DNA of 64,000 nucleotides from an uncultured Chloroflexia bacterium (lineage in GTDB: Bacteria > Chloroflexota > Limnocylindria > Limnocylindrales > CSP1-4). The DNA is taken from NCBI GenBank assembly GCA_963827965.1, contig CAWHCW010000002.1, forward strand, positions 141,694-205,693, written 5' to 3'. The notes under the pieces were generated by a model. It saw only the letters and a list, made by a program, of their open reading frames with translations. It searched no databases and was not told the origin of the DNA. Positions 12,131 through 21,600 of the stretch are shown one piece after another (positions within the stretch are counted from its first letter, which is position 1; each line of letters begins with the position of its first letter). The translations under genes and the position numbers were made by a program.

Positions 12131-12427
12131 CGCCGAAGTCCCCTGAGATCCCGACGCCAGTACTGTCCGGCGTGACCAGCTGGCTCGTCCAGTGCCGTTC
12201 GGCGCGACCTCGGGAGAGGCGCCCAAGGCCGCGCGCGGCCGTCTTCCTGCTCCGACGACCCTCTGCCGCTCTGAGGATGGTGAATGTGACGACTGAAGAT
12301 TTTGCCTTCGGGCTCGACGCCTCCCGCTGACGTGCGCGCGACCTATCCGGCCACGCTCCGCAGCTGACCGAGCTTCGCCTGAAGCTGAGCCCGGAACGTC
12401 ACCGGGCCGGCGTGCGGCAAGACTCGC

Positions 12428-12886
12428 CTATTCGGTCCAGACGTCGATCGTCTGGTGCTTCTCTTCGTCCTCGACGTGCACGATTTCTCCCTGCTCGCCT
12501 TCCTCGATCATGGCGCTGATCGCGTCCCAGTCGAGGTTCGCGTCCTTCAGCTCCGGAGAGAAGGTTCGCGCCATCTTCATGCCCCACTTGACCAGGCGGA
12601 CGGGGACCCGGACGTCGACCGGGCGGCCATTGCCGCCGGTGTCAACCACCTTTACGTGCAGCCATCTGGGCGCCTTCGCCAGCACCTGGTCCCCGCTCCC
12701 TTCCTTCTCCGCCTGCTGGATCGCCATGTCGAACCACCTTTCCGTGACTTCTGTGGACTGAGCGGCTCCTGCGACACGGACCTTCGGGTTGCTCCGGAGC
12801 CGCTTGACCTTGCCGCCCGTCGCGTCCGTGTGGTGGCTGCCGACCGGGCTCGCGTGATCAACCGGGCGAGCCACCACGGTCTCCAT
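12428..12886 (-). CDS. Hypothetical protein (about 152 aa), second gene after the small conserved protein
   Basis: AGGAGG 5 nt upstream of ATG 12884-12886. METVVARPVDH..RWLHVKVVDTGGNGRPVDVRVPVRLVKWGMKMARTFSPELKDANLDWDAISAMIEEGEQGEIVHVEDEEKHQTIDVWTE. The composition looks protein-like, not Arg/Pro-rich. Confidence 0.55.
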   Translation of the reverse strand: METVVARPVDHASPVGSHHTDATGGKVKRLRSNPKVRVAGAAQSTEVTERWFDMAIQQAEKEGSGDQVLAKAPRWLHVKVVDTGGNGRPVDVRVPVRLVKWGMKMARTFSPELKDANLDWDAISAMIEEGEQGEIVHVEDEEKHQTIDVWTE

Positions 12887-13136
12887 TGAGGCCTCCTGCG
12901 CTGGATCTCGGTTCGAGGTTTGCGACCGTGTCGATCGAGACGAGGGATAGCCCCATGTCTCGGATGGTGGCAAGCAACCCGTGCACGGCGGCCTGGTCCA
13001 TCAGTACGCCGCTGAGAAGCGAGGTGCCGTCAGGCTCGACCGTCAACACGAGATCAGAGAACAGGCCCGACCACCACATCGGCTCCAACTGGCCTTGCAC
13101 GCGCAATCGGATCCGGTAGCTGACCGACCCTGGCAT
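12858..13136 (-). CDS. Small conserved protein (about 92 aa), paralog of 18651-18896
   Basis: MPGSVSYRIRLRVQGQLEPMWWSGLFSDLVLTVEPDGTSLLSGVLMDQAAVHGLLATIRDMGLSLVSIDTV aligns along its length with MAPSASYRIRIRFQGELGPSFSAVFADLEVGPEPDGTTLISGDVPDQAALHGLLATIRDLGLSLVSVETV. GGAGG RBS. Confidence 0.65.
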   Translation of the reverse strand: MPGSVSYRIRLRVQGQLEPMWWSGLFSDLVLTVEPDGTSLLSGVLMDQAAVHGLLATIRDMGLSLVSIDTVANLEPRSSAGGLNGDRGGSPG

Positions 13137-13193
13137 CCCCGAACCTCCGTGGCTCCGGCACAATGTGGCCGGAGACCTGCCGATCAGCCTGCC

Positions 13194-13246
13194 GATCAAC
13201 CCCCGACGCGCGCATCTGCCCCCGGACATAGTCGGCCGGTTGATTC
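13194..13246 (-). promoter_or_regulatory. Recurrent leader motif, copy F
   Basis: Minus strand reads GAATCAACCGGCCGACTATGTCCGGGGGCAGATGCGCGCGTCGGGGGTTGATC, 59 nt upstream of ATG 13136. Confidence 0.5.
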
Positions 13247-13462
13247 TGTGAGGACTGGTCCAAGCACGTCCTTCACCACCTCACGCTCGCCCCTCGCGCG
13301 TGTAGCGCAGGGTCATCCGCTCGCAACTCGAGCCGGCTGTGAGCCCGCGAGTGGGCGAGTGGCAGCGGCGGTCCTCGCGTGTGGGCAGGACAGGATGGAG
13401 GAACGGCGGTCCGTGCTGGATGAGGGACGCAGAGGCGAGTCCCTGGCGCACCAGCACGTCGG

Positions 13463-14360
13463 TCACGCCGGCGAGGGCACCGGCACAGCGGCACTGCGCA
13501 ACTGATACGCGCGCGTGGCAGCCCCACCGGCGATCGCCCAGAGGAACCAGCTGCAGTAGAAGAGGCCGAAGACCCAGAGCTCGATCTCACCCGAGACGGT
13601 ATCGCTCCCGGTGGCCAACGTGCTGACGAAGGACCAGAAGGCCGCCGGCCCGATCATGGCGACGATGGCCGTGGCGGACCAGCCGGCGGCCAGCAACAGC
13701 CGGCGCGAGACCCAGGGGGGCGGCGAAACCAGGAGCAGGGAGAGCGCGGCGGCCAGCACCCACGGGATCGCAATCAGCACTGGTTCCCAGCCCTGGCCGG
13801 CCGCGCCGGGCGACTCGAGCCCGAGCGTTCCTCCCAGCGCCCAGTGCACCCTGAGAACCGGGTACGGCAGCGCGAGCAGGAACGCAGCGTGAGCCGTACC
13901 AGGTCGCTGGCCGGGTGGACGCCGGGGCGGCCGGGCGCGCCAGGGCGAGACGCGCGACCACGACCACGGCGGCAAGAGCCAGCGCCCGAGTCGCCAGCCC
14001 CGGCCAGTAGACGACAGACAGGACGATCGCACCGCTCGCCGTTTGGTGACCGATGAGCCCTGCCGCGGTGAGCACGTCGAACGGCAGGCCATTCGCCGCC
14101 CACACCATCAGCAGGAGACCGGTCCAGCGCAGCGCCCGCTGCACGCGCAGCCACCGGGGCGAACCAACCAGGGGCATGATCCCCGCCGCGGCGACCCCGG
14201 CGGCGGCGAGCGGGAGCCAGTCCGGGGCGAAGGCCTGGGAGCCGTCCGGATTCGCGACCAGCTGTTGCCAGGCCCAACCCAGCACCACCGCGACGCACAG
14301 GGCCAGCCCGATCCACGGCTCGGCCCTGGCGCCAAGTGAGTCGCTACCCTGCGATCGCAT
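13463..14360 (-). CDS. Integral membrane protein, unknown function; one frameshift near 13900
   Basis: ORFs 13587-14360 and 13463-14092 give consecutive hydrophobic helices (WIGLALCVAVVLGWAW..LLLMVWAANGLPF.. / ..VLIAIPWVLAAALSLLLV..IVAMIGPAAFWSFV..LFYCSWFLWAIAGG). Confidence 0.5.
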
Positions 14361-14628
14361 GATCCTTCCTCTCGTTGTCGGCGGGATCGAGTGACAGCCA
14401 TGCGTAGGCGAGACCGCGCGACGCGAGCCAGCCGGTCGCGGCGACCGTCTTGCCGTATCCCGGCGGCGCGGACAGGAGCGTCAGGCGGGCGGTGTCCTCG
14501 AGCCCTCGATCGAACAGCGCGCTGACCCGCGGGCGCCCGCGGTATCCGGAGACCGAGGCCGGCGCCTGGAGCCTCGTCCCGACGATTGGGACTCTCGATT
14601 CGGGGTGAGCCGATGCGGACGACGGCAC
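14344..14628 (-). pseudogene. N-terminal fragment (about 90 aa) of a LAL/MalT-type regulator
   Basis: RPRVSALFDRGLEDTARLTLLSAPPGYGKTVAATGWLASRGLAYAWLSLDPADNE parallels residues 20-110 of the 9992-12130 regulator, then stops. Confidence 0.6.
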
Positions 14629-14879
14629 AGACCGGATTATCGGTGGCCGTGACCCACCGCACGCAGCCGTCTTGCCCCTTCATTGCTCTTGGACGTTGCC
14701 CGCGCCCCGGTATGTTCGCGCGAGCGAGGCGCGAGCGGCGACCGTCGATGACTTGGCGGACGACACCTGCCTGCTCGCTCTTGAGCTCGGTGCATTCGGG
14801 TGCCAGGGACCCAGGAGGGATAGGGGACCGTCGGACGCGAGGGAAAGCGAGAGCGAAGGGCGAAGCCTCCCGGGCCTGG

Positions 14880-14961
14880 CGGTCTTGACGGCCCTGCCGT
14901 TGCTCCGGGAACCGCGTCCAGGCGATCGTTCGCGGCCGGCGAGCTGCACCTGCGCGACTGA
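14880..14961 (+). pseudogene. 3' remnant of a LuxR-family regulator gene
   Basis: Reads ..GNRVQAIVRGR / ELHLRD-stop across two frames, nearly identical to the C-terminus of the 9992-12130 gene (GNRVQAIVRGRELHLLD). Confidence 0.55.
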
Positions 14962-14971
14962 GCCGGCGCGC

Positions 14972-15022
14972 GAATCAACCGCCGAATTGACCCTGGGGTG
15001 CATGTGCGCCGTGCCGGTTGAC
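14972..15022 (+). promoter_or_regulatory. Recurrent leader motif, copy B
   Basis: GAATCAACCGCCGAATTGACCCTGGGGTGCATGTGCGCCGTGCCGGTTGAC. Downstream, CCTTCTC (15029-15035) is complementary to GAGAAGG (15070-15076), which overlaps the SD. Confidence 0.55.
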
Positions 15023-15079
15023 CCGCAGCCTTCTCGGCGAGAACTGGCCGTCGGAGGGCAGGGGCAGCGGAGAAGGGCG

Positions 15080-15326
15080 ATGGGCACCAACGGTTCGGAG
15101 TCGACCGGTCGGCGCTCCGCGCCGCGGCTCCGCCACTACGACCCGGGTGTGCCCGCGACGCTCGACTACGCCACGTGCCGCTGGACGCCCTCCTCAGCCG
15201 GTCTGCCGAGGGCGCGAGCTCCCGCTCGCCGTTACAGGCAAGGTCCGGCGCCGCGATGAGGAGGAACAACTCGAGCGCCGCTTGCGGGCGGCGTGTAGCG
15301 AAATACCACGCGTCATCGGGCGGTGA
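15080..15326 (+). pseudogene. Internally deleted acyl-CoA synthetase (N-terminal about 40 aa joined to extreme C-terminus)
   Basis: MGTNGSESTGRRSAPRLRHYDPGVPATLDY.. (ligase N-terminus) is followed within about 150 nt by ELPLAVTGKVRRR (ligase C-terminal motif). Confidence 0.55.
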
Positions 15327-15391
15327 GCGTGCGCGGCTTCGCCGTGACGGGATCTTCGATGCGCCCCGCGGACATCGCGCAGGAGGCTGAC

Positions 15392-16160
15392 ATGATCATC
15401 GCATCGGCGACCGTCCCGCACTGGGGAGGTATCGGGAGCATCCGCTTGTCGCTCGCCATGCTCATCGTCGTGGTGGTCCTGGCGACCGCCGCGCCGATCG
15501 CTCTCGGCGTCACCGTTGATGCCCCATACGCCATCGGGTCCAAGACCGTTCTGTGCGGCCTCGCGGTGGTTCTCCTCACGGGCCTCCGGTGGTGGCGGCG
15601 CGCCGGGTTCCTCGCGCTGCCAGGTCGTCGCGCACCTGGCCTGGCTCGCCCCGCCGGCTCTGCTCGTCCTGGGCGGCCCTGGTCGCGGTCCGGCGGTAGC
15701 CGGCCCGGTACCCATGGAGCCGATGCTCGGCGCCGGCCTTCGCGATCGCGGCGCTGGGGGACGGGCTTCTCGGAGGAGGCGCTCTTGCAGGGGCGCGCTG
15801 TTGGAGTCGCTGCGACCCCGGGGCGCTGTGTGGGCGATCACCGGCACGACACTTGCGTTCGCGGCCATCCACCTCGCAGGGCTCATGGGCGGGGCAACGC
15901 TCGAGGCGGCACACTGGCGCAAGCGCTCCTCGGGGGCCTCCCGCTCGGGCTGGCCTTCGCCGGGTCTGAGGCCGTCACCCGCTCCATCTGGCTGCTCGTT
16001 GTCATCCACACGGTCAACAACTTCACGTCCTATCTCATGAGTGGCCACTGGGAGGCCGTGAGCCAGGATACGACTCGCTTCGCGCTCGTCGGAGTCCTCC
16101 AACTCGGGCTGGTGGTCGGCGCCGGTCGCCCACGGCGTCCGGTTCCTCTGGCGCTTCAGT
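15392..16160 (+). CDS. CPBP-family intramembrane glutamic endopeptidase (CAAX protease-like); at least 3 frameshifts; 3' end uncertain
   Basis: AGGAGG at 15381-15386. MIIASATVPHWGGIGSIRLSLAMLIVVVVLATAAPIALGV. Motifs FSEEALCRGALLESL and FAAIHL, and VIHTVNNF, lie in different frames. Confidence 0.6.
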
Positions 16161-16364
16161 CGAGTCGGGTGACCTTGAAGGAGCAGGATCGCAGGGTCTG
16201 GGAGCTGGTCCCAGGGCTCCCACCCCGCCGACGCACCGCGTGGGCATGCCACGCATCGCGGGCGCGGGCGCGAGGCGGACGATGCCGACGTCGACGAGCG
16301 AGGGTCCCTCGCCGCGCACGATCACGTCGAATCACGCGTCGCCGACGAACCTGTGACTCCCGAC

Positions 16365-16557
16365 GAGCGCCCGCCATGCGGCGGCGTGAGGTCGGCTCAG
16401 ACCCCTCACGGCCGAGCTGTTCGTCACCGTCGGGACCGTCAAGGCGCACGTCTATTCGATCTGCGGCAAGGTCGGCGCGGGGAACCGCGCAGGCATCGCT
16501 CGCGACCGCGAGCGGCATATGCTCGACGAACCGCCGGCAAATCAACCGCCGCATTGA
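16365..16557 (+). pseudogene. Degenerate LuxR HTH-domain remnant
   Basis: AELFVTVGTVKAHVYSICGKVGAGNR matches the HTH of the 9992-12130 regulator. The upstream part is frameshifted and lacks the regulator body. Confidence 0.5.
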
Positions 16558-16584
16558 CCCTGCATGTGCGCCGTGCCGGTTGAC
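16539..16584 (+). promoter_or_regulatory. Recurrent leader motif, copy C (5-nt shorter inner region)
   Basis: AAATCAACCGCCGCATTGACCCTGCATGTGCGCCGTGCCGGTTGAC, followed by the same CCTTCTC..GGAGAAGG..ATG leader as copy B. Confidence 0.5.
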
Positions 16585-16739
16585 GCGCAGCCTTCTCGGC
16601 GAGAACTGGCCGTCGGAGCCAGGGGCAGCGGAGAAGGGCGATGGCCACCAACGGTTCGGAGTCGACCGGGCCGGCGTCCCGTCCGTGGCTCCGCCACGCC
16701 CGGACACTCCCACGTCGCACGCAAGGAAGGAGTCGAGCG

Positions 16740-17686
16740 ATGTCCGACGTCATCGAGGCGACTGGGCTGACCAGGCGATACGGCTCTCGCCGGGGGGTGG
16801 CCGACCTCAGCTTCAGCGTCGCCCAGGGGGAAGTCTTCGGCTTCCTCGGCCCGAACGGTGCCGGCAAGACGACGACGATCCGCCTGTTGCTGGGGGCGAT
16901 CCGTCCCCACGGGGGCAGTGCCCGTGTATTCGGTTTCGACACCTGGTCGCAGGCAACGGCGGTCCACCGCAGCCTTGCCTCCCTGGGAAGTGACCCGGGG
17001 TTCCTCGGCCAGCTGACCGTCGAGGAGCAGCTGGATTGGCTGGCCGGCCTCCGCGGGCTTCCGCGAGGCGCGTGGCGACGACTGGCCGAGCGCCTCGAGC
17101 TCGACCGCAGCACCCGGATCCGCAAGCTTTCGCGTGGCAACCGTCAGAAGGTCGGGGTGGTCTCGGTCTTCATGGGGCACGAGCGCCTGCTCGTGATGGA
17201 TGAGCCGACGAGCGGCCTCGACCCGCTCATGCAGCGCGAGTTTCTCTCGTTGGTCTCAGAGGCGAAGTCCGAAGGCCGGACGGTGTTCCTGTCCTCGCAC
17301 AACCTGCCCGAGGTGGAGCGATGCTGCGACCGGGTGGCAGTGATCCGGGACGGGCGTGTTGCCGAGGTCGGGCCCGTGCAGGCGCTGCTCGGCGAGCACT
17401 GGCGGTCGGTCAACCTCGTTCTCTCGGAGGTGCATCCGCCAGGTGTGTTCGCGATGCCCGACGTGCAGGTGATCGCCGATACGGGTCGCGAGGCCCACCT
17501 GATGGTTCGCGGTGACGTGCGCCCGTTGCTGCGGCGGATCGTCGACCTCGAGGTGCGGGACCTGGCCATCACCACGCCCGACGTCGAGGACGTCTTCCTC
17601 CGCTTCTACGGCGCAGAGGGCACCGCGGTCGTGCCTGCCGGCGACGTCGCCAAGCGATGCCGCGTGACCGAGGAGATCTCCGATGA
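16740..17686 (+). CDS. ABC transporter ATP-binding protein (ABC-2/DrrA-like); stop obscured (probable frameshift near 3' end)
   Basis: AAGGAAGGAG RBS. MSDVIEATGLTRRYGSRRGVADLSFSVAQGEVFGFLGPNGAGKTTTIRLL (Walker A), LSRGNRQKVG (signature), LLVMDEPTSGLD (Walker B). Confidence 0.85.
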
Positions 17687-18485
17687 ACGCGCTCGTCCTC
17701 CGTCTCGAGATCCGGCGAAGTCGCGTCCTGCTCTTCTGGCTCGCCCTCACCGCGGTCCTCTACGCGGTGTTCATGGCCGCCTACTACCCGACCCTCGTGG
17801 CCGACACCGAGCTCGTCGACACGATGATCAAGAACTTCCCGAAGGCGATGATCGCGGCGTTCGGGATCGAGGGGAACCTCGCCGACCAGGGAACCTACTT
17901 CAACGTCTACCTGCTCTCGATGGTCTGGCCACTGCTGGCCGCCATCGCGGCGATCCTGATCCCGACGCGAACGCTCGGCGCGGATGTCGAGCACGGCTTC
18001 CTGGAGCTGCCGCAGGCGACGCCCGTCTCGCGGACCCGGTACCTGGTGACGGCGATCGCGGCCCAGTCGTCGTGCTGGCCACGCTCGTGACCGCGACCGT
18101 GGCGGCCATCGTCGGAACGCTCCTCGTCGTCGGAGTCACCGTCGATCTCGCCCGCTGGGGTCTCGTCGCCGTCCTCGCCCTGTCGTTCGGCTGCGCGATC
18201 GCGGCGCTGACGACGCTGCTCTCGGTGCTGACGCTCAGTCGCGGTCAGGCCGGCGGTCTGGTCGCCGGACTCCTCGTCGCGATGTACCTGGGCCACACGA
18301 TCGCGAGGCTCGCGCCGGATCTCGGCGCTGTCTCGTACCTGAGCGCCTTCCGCTACTTCTCGCCGGCCCCCGTCATCAATGTCGGGAGCGTCCCCGTGGA
18401 GGGGCTCGCGATCTTCGGGGCCGTGGCGGTGATCGCCTGGACTGGCGCGATACGCGCATTCGGTCGCCGAGACCTGCTGAGGTGA
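17683..18485 (+). CDS. ABC-2 type transporter permease; one frameshift near 18065
   Basis: MNALVLRLEIRRSRVLLFWLALTAVLYAVFMAAYYP..LLSMVWPLLAAIAAIL, then in another frame VVVLATLVTATVAAIVGTLLVVG..LSAFRYFSPAPV..AIFGAVAVIAWTGAIRAFGRRDLLR. Confidence 0.75.
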
Positions 18486-18538
18486 TCGCGATCGCGAGGT
18501 CCGCTCCCTCGACGCTCCGATCCCTTGCATCCCCGCCC

Positions 18539-18591
18539 GAAATCAACCCTCCGTATCCATCCCCGGATGGATGCGGGTGCCGGTGGTTGAG
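18539..18591 (+). promoter_or_regulatory. Recurrent leader motif, copy D
   Basis: GAAATCAACCCTCCGTATCCATCCCCGGATGGATGCGGGTGCCGGTGGTTGAG. The inner stem CCGTATCCATCC/GGATGGATGCGG is fully complementary. It lies 60 nt upstream of ATG 18651. Confidence 0.6.
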
Positions 18592-18650
18592 CGACACGCT
18601 CCTCGTGTGATCCGGCCAGCCATCGCGCCGGACCAGACGGAGGCTCGCGA

Positions 18651-18896
18651 ATGGCGCCCTCGGCCAGCTACCGGATCCGCATCCGCTTCCAGGGCGAGCT
18701 CGGCCCGAGCTTCTCGGCGGTGTTCGCGGATCTCGAGGTGGGGCCCGAGCCCGACGGAACCACCCTCATCTCGGGCGACGTGCCCGACCAGGCGGCCCTG
18801 CACGGGCTGCTCGCCACGATCCGCGACCTCGGCCTGTCGCTCGTCTCGGTCGAGACCGTCGCGAGTCCTTCATCAGCGTCCCGAACAGGAGACTAG
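18651..18896 (+). CDS. Small conserved protein (81 aa), paralog of 12858-13136
   Basis: GGAGG RBS. The ORF is intact. See the paralog alignment under 12858-13136. Confidence 0.7.
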   Translation: MAPSASYRIRIRFQGELGPSFSAVFADLEVGPEPDGTTLISGDVPDQAALHGLLATIRDLGLSLVSVETVASPSSASRTGD

Positions 18897-18898
18897 TC

Positions 18899-19318
18899 AT
18901 GTCGCTTTTGCTCGGCCTCTTCCTCGTCCTCCACGGCGGCGTCCACGTCGGCTATCTGTGCAGCCGCTCGTGGCCCTTCGCCGCCGGCGATCCGTGGCTC
19001 GTCACCGGTCTCGGCGCCGGTTCCGACGCGGTCAACGCGATCGCCGCCGCGGTCGTGATCGTGACCTTCTTCTCCTTCCTGCTCGCCGGCCTGGCCACCG
19101 CGGCACCCCTGCCCCGGGCGTTCTGGGCGCCGCTCGTGACCGGCGGGTCGATCGCCTCGGCGATCGTGCTCGTCGTCTTCGTCACCCCCGGCACCCTGCC
19201 CGGCCTCGCGATCGATGCCGCGCTGCTGTGGGCGGTGCTCTCCGGCGCACGCCCGACGCCCTTCTTCGGCCGCCACGGCGACCGGGAGCGCCCGGGGCAG
19301 GTCCTTGGTTCCCGCTGA
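18899..19318 (+). CDS. Small integral membrane protein (139 aa), unknown function
   Basis: MSLLLGLFLVLHGGVHVGYL..AIAAAVVIVTFFSFLLAGLATAA..GSIASAIVLVVFVTPGTLPGLAIDAALLWAVL. Four predicted helices. AGGAG RBS. Confidence 0.6.
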   Translation: MSLLLGLFLVLHGGVHVGYLCSRSWPFAAGDPWLVTGLGAGSDAVNAIAAAVVIVTFFSFLLAGLATAAPLPRAFWAPLVTGGSIASAIVLVVFVTPGTLPGLAIDAALLWAVLSGARPTPFFGRHGDRERPGQVLGSR

Positions 19319-19348
19319 GGGATCGGCACCGCCCAGAGGAGCTGACCG

Positions 19349-19916
19349 ATGAACGTGCTCATCGCCTACGCCACCCACCACGGCTCCACCCGCGAGATCG
19401 CCGAACGCATCGGGGGCCTGCTCGACCGCCGGGGACTCGGCGTCACGGTCGCGCGGGCTGACCAGGTTCGCGACATCCGCCCGTTCGACGCCGTCGTGGT
19501 CGGCAGCGCCCTGTACTGCGGATGGCTCAAGGAGGCCACCGAGCTCGTCAAGCGCAACCGCCATGCGCTTGCCGCGCGCCCGGCCTGGCTGTTCAGCAGC
19601 GGCCCCCTTGGCACCGAGACGATCGACGTCAAGGGTCGCGACGTCCGGGAAGCCGCCGTCACGAAGGATGTCGCCGAGCTCATCTCCGCGATCCGTCCGC
19701 GAGGCCACCAGGTCTTCTTCGGCGCCTACGACCCAACGGCCGCACCCGTCGGGTTCCTCGAGCGGACGATGCGGCTCGCGCCGCGCGGCTGCAACGTCCT
19801 GCCCGCCGGCGACTTCCGTGATTGGGCGGAGATCGAGGGGTGGGCCGCCGCCATCGCCGACGAGCTGGCGACCCGACTCGGGCATCCCGTCGCGAGCGGC
19901 AGCGCCACCCGCCTGA
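19349..19916 (+). CDS. Flavodoxin-domain protein (HemG-like flavodoxin_5); stop uncertain, as the ORF reads on in frame into the next gene
   Basis: MNVLIAYATHHGSTREIAERIGGLL..FDAVVVGSALYCGWLKEATELVKRN..AARPAWLFSSGPLG..GDFRDWAEIEGWAAAIADEL. It is a paralog of 23184-23762. Confidence 0.7.
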
Positions 19917-19984
19917 GGCGAGCGAGGCACCAAGCATCCCGCCCGTCGATTTACCATCGCACATCGAACGAAGAGAGGATCCTC

Positions 19985-20524
19985 GTGGCTACCGCAACGC
20001 AACGAAGCGCATCTCCCGTCGGCATCGCCGGCGACACGACACGGAACCGCAGCCTGACCAGCGAAGCCGTGTGGAACGAGATCTCGAAGGCGTCGTTCGC
20101 GATCGTGGCCTACGTCACGCCCGCCGGCGAGCCACGCTGCAGCGGCATCAGCTTCAAGTCCTCGGGCCGGCGGCTGTACCTGGCCGTCGATCCGGACAGC
20201 TGGAAGGCGAAGCACATCGCGGCCGGCGGGCGGGTCTCGGTGACCGTGCCGGTGCGCCGTGGCGGAATCCTGACGCTGCTCCTCCCGATACCGCCCGCCA
20301 CCATCAGCTTCCAGGCGACAGCGGTCGTCCATCCGGCAGGTCCGATCGACGAGTCACCGTGGCTGCCGAAGGAGCTGGCGTCGCTCCTGCCCGTGGATCG
20401 TCGGACCCTCGTGCGCGTCATCGAGCTCATCCCCGAGGGCGAGTTCCTGACCTACGGGATCGGCGTCTCACTCATGGACATGAAGCAACCGGACGTGGCA
20501 CAGGGCCGCGTCGCGGTCGGATAG
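19985..20524 (+). CDS. Pyridoxamine 5'-phosphate oxidase-like (split beta-barrel, FMN/F420-binding type) protein
   Basis: GAGAGGA RBS then GTG 19985. SEAVWNEISKASFAIVAYVTPAGEPRCSGISFKSSGRRLYLAVDPDSWKAKHIAAGGRVSVTVPV. Confidence 0.6.
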   Translation: MATATQRSASPVGIAGDTTRNRSLTSEAVWNEISKASFAIVAYVTPAGEPRCSGISFKSSGRRLYLAVDPDSWKAKHIAAGGRVSVTVPVRRGGILTLLLPIPPATISFQATAVVHPAGPIDESPWLPKELASLLPVDRRTLVRVIELIPEGEFLTYGIGVSLMDMKQPDVAQGRVAVG

Positions 20525-20528
20525 GGGC

Positions 20529-21599
20529 ATGGCGACTCGGAGCTGGCCACGGGTGGCCGCCTACCTCGCCCCGGCCTGGTCGTTGGGCTACGGGCTCCTC
20601 GCCCTGGCCTGGGCGCTCGGCGCCGGCGGATATCCGTTCGACGAGGCCGTCGACCCGGATGCGCGCCTGTCACTCCTCGGCGGCGTGGCGCCGCAGGTCG
20701 GCGCTGCGGGCCTCGCGGCGCTGGCACTGCTGGGCGCCGTCGTGGGCGCCGCGATGGTTGCTGGCCGTGGCCACGGCATTGGTCGCCTGCTCGCGATCGG
20801 CCTCGGAGGGCTCAGCGCCGTCACGTTCGCGGTCCTGCTGCCCGATTTCCGCGTCCTCGTCACCATGGCCTACACGCCCATCCTCCTGGTCCTCGCACCG
20901 TTCGGCTGGCCGCCGGGCGTCAGCCTCGCATCGGAGCTCAGCTGGCCCCTCGTTCATCAGCTCGTCGTGATGGCAGGCGGCATCGCGTGGGCCGGGGCGA
21001 CGATCCGCTACCGACGGCGGACGGCCGGCGCCTGCGAGCGATGCGGCCGAGTTCCGAGCGCGCCCCACGAGCACGAAGTCGCCTGGGCCTTCCGGTGGGG
21101 TCGCCGGGCCGTCGCGGTGGCGGTGGTCATCCCGCTGCTCTACGTGGCCACCCGCTGGGCGTGGGCGCTCGACATCCCGCTGGGCATGCCGGCGGACGAC
21201 CTTCGCGCCTACGTCGGCAACCAGCGGCTCGGCGGCGTGCTGCTGGCCTCCGTCGCCGCCCTCGGTGCGCTCCTGACGACCGGCCTTGTCCGGCGCTGGG
21301 GCGAGGTCGTGCCCGGCTGGGTGCCCGCCATCGGCCGGCGACGGATCCCGCCCGGACTCGCGATCGTGCCGGCCTCCCTGATGGCGATCGTCATCACGTC
21401 GGCTGGCGTGGCGTTCGTGCGCAGTGTCCTCGTCGGCGAGCTGCCGTTCCTGATAGACGAATGGGGCGTGATCGGGCCCACCCTCCTGTGGGCGATCTGG
21501 GGCCTGGCCCTCGGCGTTGCGACCCTCGCCTACTCCTACCGGCGCCGGGGGAGGTGCGGGACGTGCGGCGGCGGGGGCAGTGGGCGCGAGGAGCGGTGA
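20529..21599 (+). CDS. Integral membrane protein (356 aa) with cytoplasmic CxxC motifs, unknown function
   Basis: Intact ORF with multiple hydrophobic helices. CERCG (mid) and CGTCGG (C-terminus). Confidence 0.6.
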   Translation: MATRSWPRVAAYLAPAWSLGYGLLALAWALGAGGYPFDEAVDPDARLSLLGGVAPQVGAAGLAALALLGAVVGAAMVAGRGHGIGRLLAIGLGGLSAVTFAVLLPDFRVLVTMAYTPILLVLAPFGWPPGVSLASELSWPLVHQLVVMAGGIAWAGATIRYRRRTAGACERCGRVPSAPHEHEVAWAFRWGRRAVAVAVVIPLLYVATRWAWALDIPLGMPADDLRAYVGNQRLGGVLLASVAALGALLTTGLVRRWGEVVPGWVPAIGRRRIPPGLAIVPASLMAIVITSAGVAFVRSVLVGELPFLIDEWGVIGPTLLWAIWGLALGVATLAYSYRRRGRCGTCGGGGSGREER

Positions 21600-21600
21600 T

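Noticed and set aside
19349-20524. Single 391-aa flavodoxin-PNPOx fusion protein
   Set aside because: The linker (GHPVASGSATRLRRARHQASRPSIYHRTSNEE) looks non-coding. The second domain has its own GAGAGGA-GTG start at 19985, and the paralogous flavodoxin (23184-23762) ends at the equivalent position. This is more likely two genes with a lost or obscured stop.
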